NCBI GenBank assembly: GCA_020148025.1
Contig: JAHCRH010000003.1
Location: forward strand, 1-57,773
Reading direction: 5' to 3'
DNA from: Patescibacteria group bacterium
GTDB taxonomy: Bacteria > Patescibacteriota > Minisyncoccia > Minisyncoccales > JAHCRE01
Length of the DNA: 57,773 nt
Made by a program: the position numbers and the translations under genes. This document shows positions 57,061 through 57,773 of this stretch, one piece after another (within the stretch, counting starts at the first letter, position 1; every line of letters begins with the position of its first letter). The notes under the pieces are model-generated. The model was given only the letters and a program-made list of their open reading frames with translations. It was not told the DNA's origin and did not search any database.

Positions 57061-57520
57061 CTTTATTTTTGTATTTTTCTTCAAACTCCTTTTTATTAAT
57101 AATAGTGCAAAGAAATCTTGCCTCACACTTTAAATCATTATTAACGAAAGCTGAACCTAAAATCCTAGCAATTTTTTCATCAATAATATTTAATAACTTT
57201 GCCTTTAAAATAATTTTATCCCCCGGGAAAATTGGTTTGTAAAAAGAGGCGTTTTTGACCTGATAAGCTAAGATATGTTTCTTTTGGTGCTCTCTGCCAA
57301 TTTTTTGACGCAATAAAATACTCGAAAGCTGGGCAATTGCTTCAACAACTAAAACCCCTGGCATTATTGGAAAATCAACAAAATGGCCCTTAAAAAAATA
57401 ATCTTCAGGATTTGTTTGTTTGTGACCTATGATGAAATCTTCACCGATTTCTTCTACTCCATCCACAAATAAAAAAGGATCATCATAAGGAATAATCTTT
57501 TTGATTTCTTCTTTATTCAT
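57053..57520 (-). CDS. fabZ: 3-hydroxyacyl-ACP dehydratase
   Basis: PFLFVD, FKGHF..PIMPGVLVVEAIAQ. Confidence 0.92.
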   Translation of the reverse strand: MNKEEIKKIIPYDDPFLFVDGVEEIGEDFIIGHKQTNPEDYFFKGHFVDFPIMPGVLVVEAIAQLSSILLRQKIGREHQKKHILAYQVKNASFYKPIFPGDKIILKAKLLNIIDEKIARILGSAFVNNDLKCEARFLCTIINKKEFEEKYKNKDV

Positions 57521-57522
57521 TT

Positions 57523-57773
57523 TTAAATTGCCAGTCCTCCATCAAGATTCAAAACGGCGCCGGTAATAAAGCTGGCTTCATCTGAGGCTAAAAATATTAC
57601 AGCATTAGCAACCTCAGTTGGTTTTCCAAACCGACCAAGAGAAGTTAGTTGTTTAATTATAGCTTTCATCTTATCGGGAACTCCTTCAGCCATTTTTGTT
57701 TCAATGAAACCGGGTGCGATGGCGTTGACTCTCACTCCAAATCTTCCCACTTCTTTGCTCAAGGCTTTAGTAA
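57523..57773 (-). CDS. fabG: 3-oxoacyl-ACP reductase, C-terminal part (truncated by window edge)
   Basis: VNAIAPGFIETKM, ASFITG..DGG; directly upstream of fabZ. Confidence 0.82.
   Translation of the reverse strand, partial: TKALSKEVGRFGVRVNAIAPGFIETKMAEGVPDKMKAIIKQLTSLGRFGKPTEVANAVIFLASDEASFITGAVLNLDGGLAI

Noticed and set aside
1-57773. CRISPR array, rRNA, prophage, transposase
   Set aside because: No regularly spaced repeats, rRNA-like sequence, phage structural genes or transposase motifs seen
1-57773. TGA recoding (genetic code 25)
   Set aside because: TGA ends full-length conserved genes such as nusG, speD and nusB

Overview
AT-rich bacterial chromosome segment. The gene content and style point to Patescibacteria/CPR, probably Parcubacteria: compact housekeeping genes, pilin-LamG fusions, a DUF5667-type protein, GTGCAA tRNA T-loops and rplK not followed by rplA. 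This assignment is inference. Most of the window is core genes: murB, hpf, secA, pheST, gyrB, secE-nusG-rplK, gatB, miaAB, thrS, dnaE, rnhB, rpmF-nusB-rnc, rpsP-KH-trmD, three tRNAs with rpmG, mltG and rplJL. The most notable item is an accessory block between secA and pheS. It holds a stand-alone retron-like reverse transcriptase with a non-canonical YVDN motif, preceded by its own promoter and a GC-rich ~150 nt end-paired ncRNA, with no co-oriented effector gene. Other notable items: (1) biosynthetic clusters unexpected in CPR (fabG-fabZ-fabK with two plsC, a CarS-like and CDP-alcohol transferase set, a thymidylate cluster with a double-length ThyX-like protein, a polyamine operon with a multi-stem leader); (2) many in-frame heptamer-repeat and palindromic micro-insertions in conserved genes; (3) a ~113 nt repeat at two gene starts, each with a duplicated start region; (4) several unannotated small ORFs and candidate small RNAs. 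All calls were made by eye, without database searches or folding software.
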